Positions 37,772 to 47,698 of a DNA stretch of 64,000 bases are shown piece after piece; positions within the stretch are counted from its first letter, which is position 1, and each line of letters starts with the position of its first letter. This DNA comes from an uncultured Candidatus Saccharibacteria bacterium (GTDB taxonomy: Bacteria > Patescibacteriota > Minisyncoccia > Phycocordibacterales > SIBU01): assembly GCA_964430335.1 (NCBI GenBank), contig CAYSEN010000001.1, positions 1,653-65,652 on the forward strand, in the 5' to 3' direction. The notes beneath the pieces were generated by a model. That model saw only the letters and a program-made list of their open reading frames with translations. It did no database searches and was not told the DNA's origin. The translations under genes were made by a program, and so were the position numbers.

Positions 37772-38200
37772 CTATCTATTTTCCATAGTCTCTTTTACTC
37801 CTGGATTCTGAGTGTCATTTATATCAAGGCTCCATGTGAGATCCTTGAGTTTGCTATCAGATAACTTTGGAACATATAGAGGTGACTGTGACTCCACTTC
37901 TTCTTTGTGCTGAGGTTTCTTCTCAGTTTTCTTCCAAATATAGAGCTTGTCAGTGAAAAAATATTTAAATGCTGCTTCAACCACAAAGACGAAAGGACGA
38001 TTGTTAACCTTGTATAGCGCTAAAGCAAGGGAAAATGCTATTACTGGAGCCATTAAAAATATGGCGATATAAAAGTTTAGGTAATGGTATATTATAAATG
38101 AAAGACCTGCCCCACCAGCAAGATAGACAAATTGTTTGACCGTAAAAGGGCCGAAAATTTTGTCTTCAATTTCTATGAATTGTGGAACTTGGAATCTCAT
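37772..38200 (-). CDS. PrgI/VirB3-like small T4SS membrane protein
   Basis: MRFQVPQFIEIEDKIFGPFTVKQFVYL followed by two hydrophobic helices. Lies immediately upstream of VirB4, as do VirB3/PrgI homologs. Confidence 0.55.
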   Translation of the reverse strand: MRFQVPQFIEIEDKIFGPFTVKQFVYLAGGAGLSFIIYHYLNFYIAIFLMAPVIAFSLALALYKVNNRPFVFVVEAAFKYFFTDKLYIWKKTEKKPQHKEEVESQSPLYVPKLSDSKLKDLTWSLDINDTQNPGVKETMENR

Positions 38201-38208
38201 TTGTTTTT

Positions 38209-40038
38209 TTAAGCTATAGGTTCTCTGTAAGGGTCAGAACTATATTTTGCCTCAGTCTTCTTTGATTGAACAGGAGCTCCTAGTTTCTGTTCAATGATAT
38301 TTTTTGCAGGCATTGTTGGTATTGGTCTTTGACCTATCACTATTTTTGGAATTTCTCTAGGTGTTTCTTTGATTGGGTTTTGTGATGGAGTGCTGGAAAT
38401 ATTAGGCGTAGAGGCTTTAGGTGCTGGTGCGATTACTATTTTCGGCATTGGTTCTGGAGCCTTTGGTTTTGGTGGCGCAGGAGGTTGCGGTAATCTGTCC
38501 TCTACTGGTTTAGGTGGTGCCACAGGAGGCCTTGGTGGTGTCGGAATCTGAGAAACTGGTTTCGGAGGCATTGGGGGAACAGGAGGGGTCGCACTACTTA
38601 CAGGCTTTTGAGGGGGCACAAACTTCGGTGGCTGTGGAGGAACAGGTTTTGCTGGTTCTGCGGGTCTGATATTTTGAGAAATTTTAACTTTTTCTGGCTC
38701 AGGCTTAAACCAATCCTGCGCTGTGAATTTTTCGGTATCTAGAGAAGTAGATGAATTTGGATTTTCGATATCTTTTAAAATTGCTTCTCTGTTAGGCAGG
38801 ACTTCCTCGCTCTTTTTTATAGGTTCTGCTTCGTTTGGTTGTATTGGTGAGAGTCTCGTTTTTAGGGTGTTGCTTGTGTATGAAGAAGGCACTTCCCCGT
38901 TTACTTGTTTTAACGCCTCACGTATTTTAAGGAAAACTTCGTTATTAATTTCTTGGGCAAGAGATTTGGTTTTTTCTTCATTAATTCCGAGTCTTCTTGA
39001 TAGTCTTGGTAAGAATTGAGATGTGGGCGTCATTCCTAGAATAACCATGCCTGTCTCTTCCCCGAGTTCCCCGAGCTTGTCTACATGTAGAGCATATTTT
39101 CTACCGATGTCCAAAACTTTTTTTGCGGAATCAACAGATCTCAATGCGTTTTTTAATGTGTAAGGAAGTTTGTCGAATCTGGCCTGTAGCTCCTTTTCGC
39201 TCAACTTGCTCGAGAGCATTTTCAGGAATGATCCGAGAGGATTTTCGGACATTCTTTCACTATTCATTTCAACAATAGGAGGTCGGCTAAAATTACTTTG
39301 CGCACCGCTAGAAATCTCTGAGCTATTTGCCGTTGAGGTTGGTGTGTAGACTTTTGTGGTGGAGAATTCTGATAGTGGCTGTGGAGGAACAGGGGCTAAT
39401 TTGGATGGCTGGAAATTCTCGAAACCAAAATCCTTTGTGTTACTAATGTATGAGGGTTTGATTTCAGCTTGTTCTTTTGGTTTCTCCGGAATAATTTTTT
39501 TAATTGGTACAGATCTTTCCTGGCTCTGAGCGACTGATTCAGCGGAATCAGGTTCTGATTGCGAATCGATTTTGTCTTGCTCATTAAATTCGATTCCGGA
39601 ATCGTTTATCGGCATTCTTGGGGCGCTAATTTCGGCTTCTTGTGTTTCAGTATTTTCCTGTACAGGATTTCCCTCTTCTTGTGCTTGTGTTTCGGCCGGA
39701 GTTTCGTTGATTGTTAAAGGAGAAATGCCGAGAGCTGGCAGTATTTTGGTAAAAATTTTTTCGTTGATCTCGCTTACAATGGTCGCAACTTTTTCTCTAT
39801 TATCCTCGTCTAATTTTTCTAGTAACTTTTCCTCAAATTCAGTAACCGGTATTTCCTTTTTTGCGATCTTTTCTATTACCTCGCAAGTCTCGCCTATTTC
39901 GGCGTAGGTTATTTCTATTTGATTTAAAATTTCCTCGATCCGTTCAATAAGGGCCGTATCTGGGAAAACAGAATTAAACTCCGGGTTTAACCTTTTAATT
40001 GTTTGAAGTAAATTGTTTTCTTGTGAAATGAATTTCAT
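38209..40038 (-). CDS. acidic/proline-rich low-complexity protein (no TM detected)
   Basis: Extensive PxxP tracts PPQPPKFVPPQKPV... in the C-terminal third. Coiled-coil N-terminus. Confidence 0.5.
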   Translation of the reverse strand: MKFISQENNLLQTIKRLNPEFNSVFPDTALIERIEEILNQIEITYAEIGETCEVIEKIAKKEIPVTEFEEKLLEKLDEDNREKVATIVSEINEKIFTKILPALGISPLTINETPAETQAQEEGNPVQENTETQEAEISAPRMPINDSGIEFNEQDKIDSQSEPDSAESVAQSQERSVPIKKIIPEKPKEQAEIKPSYISNTKDFGFENFQPSKLAPVPPQPLSEFSTTKVYTPTSTANSSEISSGAQSNFSRPPIVEMNSERMSENPLGSFLKMLSSKLSEKELQARFDKLPYTLKNALRSVDSAKKVLDIGRKYALHVDKLGELGEETGMVILGMTPTSQFLPRLSRRLGINEEKTKSLAQEINNEVFLKIREALKQVNGEVPSSYTSNTLKTRLSPIQPNEAEPIKKSEEVLPNREAILKDIENPNSSTSLDTEKFTAQDWFKPEPEKVKISQNIRPAEPAKPVPPQPPKFVPPQKPVSSATPPVPPMPPKPVSQIPTPPRPPVAPPKPVEDRLPQPPAPPKPKAPEPMPKIVIAPAPKASTPNISSTPSQNPIKETPREIPKIVIGQRPIPTMPAKNIIEQKLGAPVQSKKTEAKYSSDPYREPIA

Positions 40039-40050
40039 AAATCAATTTTT

Positions 40051-43000
40051 CTAAGCCTTTCGCCATTGATCGCTAGCAAAAGTAATTTGCTTACTCGGTG
40101 ATTCAGCCTGATTTTCCAGTTCACTGTACACACTTCTGAGTTCAGGGCTCAAAGTTTCGATCGGTCTGGTTATTGTTTTACTTCTAGGATCTAGGAATAA
40201 ATATTTTAACAATCTTCTGTTTTCATCGGTAACTAATCCATAACCATCTTTCTCTGCTTTGTATGATTTCAATAAACTTTCGAATAGAGATGTAATATCT
40301 TCGCTGTCCTTGTCCTTAAATTGTTGGAAAATACCTTCATCGATCATTGAGTGCACTATCTCGCTATTTCTTGTTCGGCTTCTAGCGCCAGCTAATTCGT
40401 TCGCAGCTCTTCCTGACTTCCAGTTTAAGGCAATACTTCTTCTTAATGTGTCTCCAAGAGTGCCTTTTGAGTAAGTTTCCATGAAAGCTGTGTTCATTGT
40501 CTTGCTTATTTCATCTGGTGTTGCACCAGGCGTTGATGTAAGTAGTGCTTGTTTAGCATCTTCTGCAGCTTTTTTGGCTGCATCAAATGCCGCTTTTCTG
40601 GTCACACTCTCTTCCATTGCTTTCTTTTTTACTTCCTCGATTTCTTCCTTGGTTGCGGTAGGTTTTGAAGCCTTTAGGGCAGCCACAGCCTTTTCAGCAT
40701 CTCTTTCCCCATCACTTTTTATGTAGTTAGGGTCATTTGTTACTACGATCTTATCCATGTCAGAATCTTTATCGTAACTTAATCGGTCTCTTAGGTTAAA
40801 GGCGAAGTTTTCATTTGTTCGTATTTCCTTGTTTGTTAACCCCCATCTCATTGTGTGAACTAGCTCTTTTATGTCAAACATGTTTGGAGCTACAAATGAC
40901 GCCAGTTCGTATTCAGGTAGAGTCATCTTGTTTCTAGCCCAAGCTTTAAGATTACCTGGAAGGGTAGGCTTTGATTCAGGGTTTTCAATCTTCTCACCTG
41001 TGTTAAGTACTGCATACCTCACTCCGTTGATTGTTTGAATTGCACTTTCATCTACATCGCCGTTCTCTGGGTTTACCTGAACTTTACCGTCCAAAATGGC
41101 TTTTCGTACCGCTGCCTTCTTAGCGTCGTAATCATCAACCTGTTTTTGATAAACTGCGAATTGTTGAATTTCGTCTTTCCATCTTGAACCAATCATTTCT
41201 TGTTTTTCTTCCATTGTCCAGTGATCATTGGCAAGCACAGCCTTTAGTTGTTTCAGGGTGGCGTACCTTGAGAATTCTTCAATAGTGTGTTCATCCAGAT
41301 CGGCAAAATCCTCCGGTGCAATCCTTGTTACCGCTGAAGACAGTGCAGACTCGGCTTTCTTAGTGGCATCGTCGGCCAACTTGATTCTAGCCTGATCTTT
41401 ACTTGCTCTAGCAGCTTCCATTTCTTCCCTAGCTTTATCCAGCTGAGTTAGTCCGGATTTAGCAAAATCAATTTGCCCAAGTGCAAATCTTCGATTTTTT
41501 AGTTTCTCACTATCTTCATAATATTCTTCAACTGACTCTTCCCCACCAAATTTTGCATGGGCTCCAAAAAGGGATCCACCGGTAGTCTTTTTTCTTATAA
41601 AACTTCCCAATTCAGTAGCACCAAAACCTGTACGTTTGAATTTTTTATCCAATTCGTTGATATCGATATTTTTTTGTACCTTTTCCGCTCCGCTCTTAAA
41701 TTTGTCACCAAAATTTTTAAGTCCTTCTCTACCCGTCCATTTTCCAAGTGTACTAGCGGCTCCACCGACAACATTTCCAACTGCGGATACATATGTGCCT
41801 CTAACTACAGTTCTACCAACAAACGCTCTGGCCTCCTTCCCTACCTCATCTGCAAACTCAACTCCAGTCGCCTCAAGTTTGTGAGCCACCATGATTGAGC
41901 CTAGCATCAATCCAATTAGAAGAATGAAGTTAAATACAAATGCTAGTCCTGCCGTTGTGCCGTTGTCTGCACCTCCAGTACCAAAGATTAGTTTAGCGGC
42001 TGAAACGGCGGTAGAGGCCGCTGAGTACGCAGTGTCTTGTCGGTTTACGGTCATAACACCAAACTTAAATGCATCAGTTTGAATGGTTAAAACTACCACA
42101 TAGCAAAGCGCCATATATATCGGTGCGAATATAGATTGGCTGATGAGTTTTTCCTTCCATTCCTCCGCGTAGTGTTCGGTAGAAGGAAGCACAAATGATA
42201 GAAAACCTAGAGGCGAAAGAATCATTACCATCATAAGTACTACCACTCTTATTATGAAAAGTATGGCTGCTACTATGAAAACGTACGCGGCGGTAATCAT
42301 CAAAATAATGCCGAATATTCCAATTAAAATAATTTTGCCAAAGTTTATTACTCCTCCCGCGATTTGGCTGTTAAGATCAGACTGAATGCCTGCCTGTTGC
42401 AATGCTTGGCCCCCTGCGGTTTGCGGTTCGTAGACTGTTTGTATCTTGAGACCTTCCATGAACGCTCCTGAAAAACTTGAGGTCGGAGTAGCGTAATTAC
42501 TTACAAAGGACTGTATTTCATCCCCGTTTGGTTTAGGATTTGGTGTCACAATCAGGTTATAGAAATGGAGAGCGACAATGTTTGACCCGTCAATAACAGC
42601 CTTTGTAATGAAAAGGCTGAAGTTCATGAGTAATGCCACGATAACGAGATTTACGATAATTTCCTTTGTCTTCCCTGTCGCTAGACCGAGAATGGTTCCT
42701 ATAGCTGTCCAAAGCAAAATGAAAATAAATAAAATATTGGCCAAATCTCTGAAGATTCTCCAACCAATGTCTACTATTGGCACATGCTTCATAAGGTCGG
42801 CCATGTTTAAGGTGTAGTAGATCGACATGTCTAAGATCTTTCCGGCTAGCCACAAAAACCATGAGAAAATCCACATGATTATGTAGACAATACTTGCTGC
42901 GCAAGCGTCCAGGTTTAAGGAAGGAATACCAAAATTGCCACTAAGACATCCGATGGTGGTTGGAGGATTTTTACCGTTTGCACCTTGGTTGTCGGCACTG

Positions 43001-43188
43001 GCCGCTTTTTGACCCGTGGATTGAGGTGTTGTCTGCGCCCCGTTAGGACTCGGTGCCGCAGCTCCTGTAACTACCGAGTTAGGGTTAAGTTCTTGAACCT
43101 GAGCGAAAGCCGTCTCAACACCCAGCGGGTTTAAAAAACCACTTAACAGAGTTGCTAGTATGAATGTTGATAATAAAATTTTTTTCAT
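40051..43188 (-). CDS. VirB6/TrbL-like polytopic membrane protein with roughly 600-aa hydrophilic C-terminal extension
   Basis: Signal peptide, then at least 6 TM helices across residues 95-480. A long coiled-coil-rich C-terminus. VirB6-like topology and neighbourhood. Confidence 0.55.
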   Translation of the reverse strand: MKKILLSTFILATLLSGFLNPLGVETAFAQVQELNPNSVVTGAAAPSPNGAQTTPQSTGQKAASADNQGANGKNPPTTIGCLSGNFGIPSLNLDACAASIVYIIMWIFSWFLWLAGKILDMSIYYTLNMADLMKHVPIVDIGWRIFRDLANILFIFILLWTAIGTILGLATGKTKEIIVNLVIVALLMNFSLFITKAVIDGSNIVALHFYNLIVTPNPKPNGDEIQSFVSNYATPTSSFSGAFMEGLKIQTVYEPQTAGGQALQQAGIQSDLNSQIAGGVINFGKIILIGIFGIILMITAAYVFIVAAILFIIRVVVLMMVMILSPLGFLSFVLPSTEHYAEEWKEKLISQSIFAPIYMALCYVVVLTIQTDAFKFGVMTVNRQDTAYSAASTAVSAAKLIFGTGGADNGTTAGLAFVFNFILLIGLMLGSIMVAHKLEATGVEFADEVGKEARAFVGRTVVRGTYVSAVGNVVGGAASTLGKWTGREGLKNFGDKFKSGAEKVQKNIDINELDKKFKRTGFGATELGSFIRKKTTGGSLFGAHAKFGGEESVEEYYEDSEKLKNRRFALGQIDFAKSGLTQLDKAREEMEAARASKDQARIKLADDATKKAESALSSAVTRIAPEDFADLDEHTIEEFSRYATLKQLKAVLANDHWTMEEKQEMIGSRWKDEIQQFAVYQKQVDDYDAKKAAVRKAILDGKVQVNPENGDVDESAIQTINGVRYAVLNTGEKIENPESKPTLPGNLKAWARNKMTLPEYELASFVAPNMFDIKELVHTMRWGLTNKEIRTNENFAFNLRDRLSYDKDSDMDKIVVTNDPNYIKSDGERDAEKAVAALKASKPTATKEEIEEVKKKAMEESVTRKAAFDAAKKAAEDAKQALLTSTPGATPDEISKTMNTAFMETYSKGTLGDTLRRSIALNWKSGRAANELAGARSRTRNSEIVHSMIDEGIFQQFKDKDSEDITSLFESLLKSYKAEKDGYGLVTDENRRLLKYLFLDPRSKTITRPIETLSPELRSVYSELENQAESPSKQITFASDQWRKA

Positions 43189-43194
43189 GATTCC

Positions 43195-45564
43195 CTATTG
43201 AACGTTGATTGTGCTTGTTTGTGTCGCAATCACACTCTCCTTTGATGTATTTGTGGCCGGTTTATACACTTCTGTAATCAATTGATACTTATATCCTAAC
43301 ACCGCACTGCTTTTAATGTGTCCGATCTGATCGATTTGTAACGAATTAGCCGAGGTTAGTGTTAGGGATTTGTTGTAAGTAAATGTTGTTTGTGACATAT
43401 CATCTGCAAAAAATACGAATTCTGTTTTTTTGTTTTCTGGTTTTGTGGTTTCGTTTATCTGGAAGGAATCAAATAGCGTTGAAAGTGAAAATGATGTTCC
43501 GTCCTGGCTTTTTAGGCTAATTCTTACTCTTAATCCCGGAATGTCTTGGTTGTTATCAAGTACCAAGGCGTTGCTAAATGAATCACCAGGGTTTTTGTTG
43601 ATGTTGTTGATCTGTGCCATTGCAAACGAAGTGTCTAATGGGGATGAGCTGTCTACCGGTCCACCACCTGTTGTGTTTGATGAGGTGTTAGTAGAAGGTT
43701 TGTAAAGCTCTACTTTGTAAATGGCAATTTCGTTTGGATTGGAAACCACGATAGCGTTCGCTGTTATCGGCTGATTTAGTGTGATAGTAAAGTCGTCTAC
43801 AGATCCAGAAAATGTGAAGTTGGAGTTAGCACCGCTGTTACTTGATGGGTAGTGGAAAACCACGTAACTCATAATGTCATTTTTCGAAACAGGAATACCT
43901 GTTTTGTCTGCTGGCATATTTGCTAGGTAGACTTCGTTACCAGTACCGTGACCAGGATATGATCGGACCTTAATAATTTGAACTTTATCAGATTGATTTA
44001 GAGCTGCAGACCACCAGTGTGGAGCAGGTCCACCGCTGGTCCAAGAAAAACTGTAACCCCCTACTGCGTTCTGAGGTCCGTAGGTTCTGCCATCGCCATC
44101 GATTCCTACATAAGACTGATTTAGCTTTGCGCTGTTTAGGTTAATACTTCTGTCCGGAGGTGCTTGTGTTGCTGGTTTTGTGACGACTGGTGCAGTCACT
44201 GAATTGTTGCCGTCAATAAATTCGTTTGTACCGTTTGCAATAGATGTGGTTTTGTCGATGTTCTTACAATAAAGTACGACGTTGTTGTAATTGGCTACAG
44301 TCCACTTTGTGGTGGTGTTGTCTGCGCCAATTTTTACTGTAGGCGTGTATGATGCCGTTTTGCTAACTACTCCGTTGATCTTTACCAATACTGGTGAAGT
44401 AAGGGTCGGTTGAGTGTTGGTCGGTGTATCAACTCCGTAAATGTTTTTATTAAATTCATTACAGAACTGAAGTCCTGTAGGTCCATTGGCACCTGTTGGT
44501 CCAATACCGTTTACATACAGACCGTCTGGAAGATTTTTTGCTTGGTTGTTTTCAGAAATGATTTGATCACTACTACTCTTAAGGGCCTTGTCTACTGCCG
44601 ACTGTCCTCCGTTGTCATATGATGGAGTACTTGCTCCAGCTAAGCCCCCTACTCCTCCTAAGACCTGATTTATTAGTTGTCCAACAAGCGCTCCCAATAT
44701 TGCATCAAGATCTTTTGCTAGGCCAACTCGGTGAACTTGCTCGCCAAGAGTGTTTGATAGTTGGTCTTCGATGAGTGACCCTGGCGTCGTGATCTTCCCT
44801 GTTTTTGGATCTACAGAAGAAAGAAATCCTTTACCGAAATCTAATTGTTTTGTAAGTCTAAACTGAACACCCGCAATTCTTGCGTCAACTGTGTTTACGG
44901 CTTGAAGATATGAGCCGTAAATATTATTTTGCGGAGTGACTGTTAGATTAAGCCAGTTATCCCATCCATTCTTGCCGAACACTCCTGTGGTGAAAGCTCT
45001 TTGTACGTTTTTTTGGATATCACTTAGTCTACACCCCACATACTGATAATAGTCAGGTCTCGAGTATTGAATTCCAAGGGAAATTCTTAATTGAAAATCA
45101 AAAGGACTACATACAATCGAACCGATTGGACCTAGGCCTTCAATGAAAGTTCCCGCAGCCTGATCGGCGGCGTCAGCCAAAAAACCTTGTAGGTTAGTTA
45201 CGTATAGAGGGCTTCCGCTAAAGCCGTTGTTGATCCAGTTTACGGTTTGGGCGGTGAAATTGTCGAGCAGAGATCTGGCCATGATCGTCACAAGTGGCTC
45301 GACAATACATCTCTGTATTGTAAAACCTGTAGTCTGACCTGCTGTTTCGCTGTTTGCGCTATGGTTTGCTGAGTCGTAAGTAGGCACAGCCTGTATTTGA
45401 TTGGCCACTCCTTGGGCTAACTGCTTACCTTTCGTTGCCAAAATTCCCGCCAGACAAGATGAATCGGCGTGCGCCCCATTTGGAAGAGCTGTTAGAAAAG
45501 GTCCTACTATCAAAAGTAATGTTGCGAGTATTCCGAAAGTTTTTTGTTTCAAATTATTTCTCAT
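43195..45564 (-). CDS. large secreted/surface protein (789 aa)
   Basis: Signal peptide MRNNLKQKTFGILATLLLIVGPFLTALPNGAHA. Thr/Ser/Asn-rich beta-rich sequence. Confidence 0.5.
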   Translation of the reverse strand: MRNNLKQKTFGILATLLLIVGPFLTALPNGAHADSSCLAGILATKGKQLAQGVANQIQAVPTYDSANHSANSETAGQTTGFTIQRCIVEPLVTIMARSLLDNFTAQTVNWINNGFSGSPLYVTNLQGFLADAADQAAGTFIEGLGPIGSIVCSPFDFQLRISLGIQYSRPDYYQYVGCRLSDIQKNVQRAFTTGVFGKNGWDNWLNLTVTPQNNIYGSYLQAVNTVDARIAGVQFRLTKQLDFGKGFLSSVDPKTGKITTPGSLIEDQLSNTLGEQVHRVGLAKDLDAILGALVGQLINQVLGGVGGLAGASTPSYDNGGQSAVDKALKSSSDQIISENNQAKNLPDGLYVNGIGPTGANGPTGLQFCNEFNKNIYGVDTPTNTQPTLTSPVLVKINGVVSKTASYTPTVKIGADNTTTKWTVANYNNVVLYCKNIDKTTSIANGTNEFIDGNNSVTAPVVTKPATQAPPDRSINLNSAKLNQSYVGIDGDGRTYGPQNAVGGYSFSWTSGGPAPHWWSAALNQSDKVQIIKVRSYPGHGTGNEVYLANMPADKTGIPVSKNDIMSYVVFHYPSSNSGANSNFTFSGSVDDFTITLNQPITANAIVVSNPNEIAIYKVELYKPSTNTSSNTTGGGPVDSSSPLDTSFAMAQINNINKNPGDSFSNALVLDNNQDIPGLRVRISLKSQDGTSFSLSTLFDSFQINETTKPENKKTEFVFFADDMSQTTFTYNKSLTLTSANSLQIDQIGHIKSSAVLGYKYQLITEVYKPATNTSKESVIATQTSTINVQ

Positions 45565-45609
45565 GAAAAACTCCGTTACCCAAAAATAATTTGGATAACT
45601 TTGTGTAAA

Positions 45610-46584
45610 TTATAACTTATCAAAGAATTGGTAGCCATCCTCTCCTTTGCCGAAAACAACGTCTTTGCTAATAAAATAAGTTTTGAAGGCGGTTACTGAG
45701 TCCGGAAAATTTTTAGCACTGTCTGCGTAGCTAGCCACTCCTGGCAAAGCCTTTATCGGGTCAGTCAAAATGTATTTTAAACCGTTGATACTCCAGGCCA
45801 TGGCTTCTGTGCTATTTAGCAAAGCCAAGTGAAAAGGAACAGCACTTTTTGGCACCTTCATTGCTAATAGAGAGACCCCGATTTTTTTATAGGCGGCGAT
45901 GTTGTCGTTTAATTTTTCAAGCTCAGCAGGTTTTTTACTCTCTTCTGCCCTGTTTACTATTTCTATCTCGTATTCTAGTTTTTTAGTTGGCGGTTTTTTT
46001 AGTAGAGATGCAATAGAATTGCCATAATTTTTTATAATCTCATTTGATTCCTCTGTAATTAAATTTAAGTCTGATTCTGAGTAAGTCTTTAATTTTTGAG
46101 TATCTATTTCATTTTTGATTGCTTTGTTTAGGAATTCCTGAAAATCAGCCTCAGTTGGAGGGTTTTCAGAATTTCCCGAAGCGATTACTTTCACAAAAAG
46201 CTCTCTTGAAAATTTATCGGTGTCGGTTAGATCTTGCTCGGTTTGTGAATTGATTTTACTGCCTACGGTCTCTTGGTCCAATTTGTCATTTGGCCCTGCA
46301 ACTGTTGGGTTTCTACCACTTTTTATCTCCGCTCCATCCATAACTCCGTCACCGTCAGAATCCGGATTGTGTGAGTCGGTTTTCCATAGTTGCTCTTCCC
46401 AATCTTTAAGTCCGTCGCTGTCATTATCAATTGCCAGGAAGGTGTTGTTTGGGGTCACCTTAGGAGTTCCTGCTACATAGGATGTTTTTTGTGTAAGTTT
46501 TGTGGTTAGAAAAATTAACCCAAAGATTACTATTGCTATAGAAATTAATATTAGTTTTTGTCTCTTTGGATTCATGTTAAGCAA
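45610..46584 (-). CDS. membrane-anchored protein with thrombospondin type-3-like Ca-binding Asp repeats
   Basis: TM then DNDSDGLKDWEE and DSDGDGVMDGAE repeats. First gene of the operon. Confidence 0.5.
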   Translation of the reverse strand: MLNMNPKRQKLILISIAIVIFGLIFLTTKLTQKTSYVAGTPKVTPNNTFLAIDNDSDGLKDWEEQLWKTDSHNPDSDGDGVMDGAEIKSGRNPTVAGPNDKLDQETVGSKINSQTEQDLTDTDKFSRELFVKVIASGNSENPPTEADFQEFLNKAIKNEIDTQKLKTYSESDLNLITEESNEIIKNYGNSIASLLKKPPTKKLEYEIEIVNRAEESKKPAELEKLNDNIAAYKKIGVSLLAMKVPKSAVPFHLALLNSTEAMAWSINGLKYILTDPIKALPGVASYADSAKNFPDSVTAFKTYFISKDVVFGKGEDGYQFFDKL

Positions 46585-46664
46585 AACTGCGCGGTAAAAT
46601 ATTCCGCACCACTATAAAAGAATTATATCAGAAAAATTACTATTTTTTTCCACAGATTTTTTTA

Positions 46665-46695
46665 AAATTTGCGACCTTTTTCTTTGTAGTATAAT
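46665..46695 (+). promoter_or_regulatory. sigma70-like promoter (TTGCGA-15nt-TATAAT) giving leaderless or near-leaderless mRNA for 46703 ORF
   Basis: TATAAT ends about 7 nt before the ATG. -35 TTGCGA. Confidence 0.3.
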
Positions 46696-46702
46696 TATTC
46701 CA

Positions 46703-47692
46703 ATGAAATATTTTAGATTGATTATTCTATTGGCGATTTTGTTGCCCAACCTTACTTTTGCCATATCAATTACTAAGACTTTGAGAGTCGGCAGTAGTGG
46801 ACCAGAGGTTTTGGAGTTACAAAGAATTTTAAATAAAGATAAGCAAACAGAAGTTGCCAGTTTCGGCCCCGGTTCATTAGGCAACGAAACCAGTTTTTTT
46901 GGAATTGCGACTAAACAAGCGGTTATAAAGTTTCAGGAAAAATATAAAGACGAGGTTTTGATCCCTGCAGGTCTTTTACGTGGTACTGGAGTGGTCGGAG
47001 CTTTAACAAGAAATAAATTAGCTTCCCTCGATTTTGTCAGTAATGCCCTGCCTTTACCAAAAATTAACGAAAAAACCCCTAAAAACAACAATATTTTGGC
47101 TACCAGTTCTACTCCATCAGACGTTTCTGTGGATTTTAGCAATGTGCAGTTCGATCAGAATAGTTTCCTGTCCGCAATAGAAAAAGTTGGCACAGCGAAA
47201 GGTCTCTCAAAGGAGAAATTGGCCAATCTCAAGACTGAAGTCGAGAAAAATATAAATACCAACCATTCTGAGAAACTCTTTTTATCGAGAGTCCAAAAAA
47301 GCGGGGTTAAGATTCATGTTTCATCAAACGCAACATCAAATAAAAAACCGAATGGCCTCATGACATTTTTTGAAGGTGTTATGGACTTTTTTAAGCCAGA
47401 AAAAGCCTATGCTTTTGGTACGCCTTTTGGTGGCAGAGTGCTTTTCACTTTCCTTTGTACTTGCTCAGGAAATTGGTTGGTCACACTTATGCCGACTGGG
47501 CCAACCTATGCAACACTGCTCACTTATTACGAAGGTACTCAGGCTTACATGGGCTACAATTTACCATTCACGCTAAATGTCTTAGGTGAATACACACAAG
47601 GTTCAGTTTGCGAGTTTTACGTGGGTACTGCTTGTGGCGAAATCCCTTCCGAAGGAATGATTGGCCCAATTACAGGCAGTTCCCCACTATAA
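46703..47692 (+). CDS. secreted protein with N-terminal peptidoglycan-binding (PG_binding_1-like) domain and Cys-rich C-terminus
   Basis: Signal peptide. LRVGSSGPEVLELQRILN...ATKQAVIKFQEKY pattern. Confidence 0.5.
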   Translation: MKYFRLIILLAILLPNLTFAISITKTLRVGSSGPEVLELQRILNKDKQTEVASFGPGSLGNETSFFGIATKQAVIKFQEKYKDEVLIPAGLLRGTGVVGALTRNKLASLDFVSNALPLPKINEKTPKNNNILATSSTPSDVSVDFSNVQFDQNSFLSAIEKVGTAKGLSKEKLANLKTEVEKNINTNHSEKLFLSRVQKSGVKIHVSSNATSNKKPNGLMTFFEGVMDFFKPEKAYAFGTPFGGRVLFTFLCTCSGNWLVTLMPTGPTYATLLTYYEGTQAYMGYNLPFTLNVLGEYTQGSVCEFYVGTACGEIPSEGMIGPITGSSPL

Positions 47693-47698
47693 TTTGTA

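Noticed and set aside
38360-38700. Apparent tandem DNA repeats in 38209-40038 gene
   Set aside because: These are a consequence of a proline-rich (PPxP) coding tract, a low-complexity coding region rather than a non-coding repeat array.
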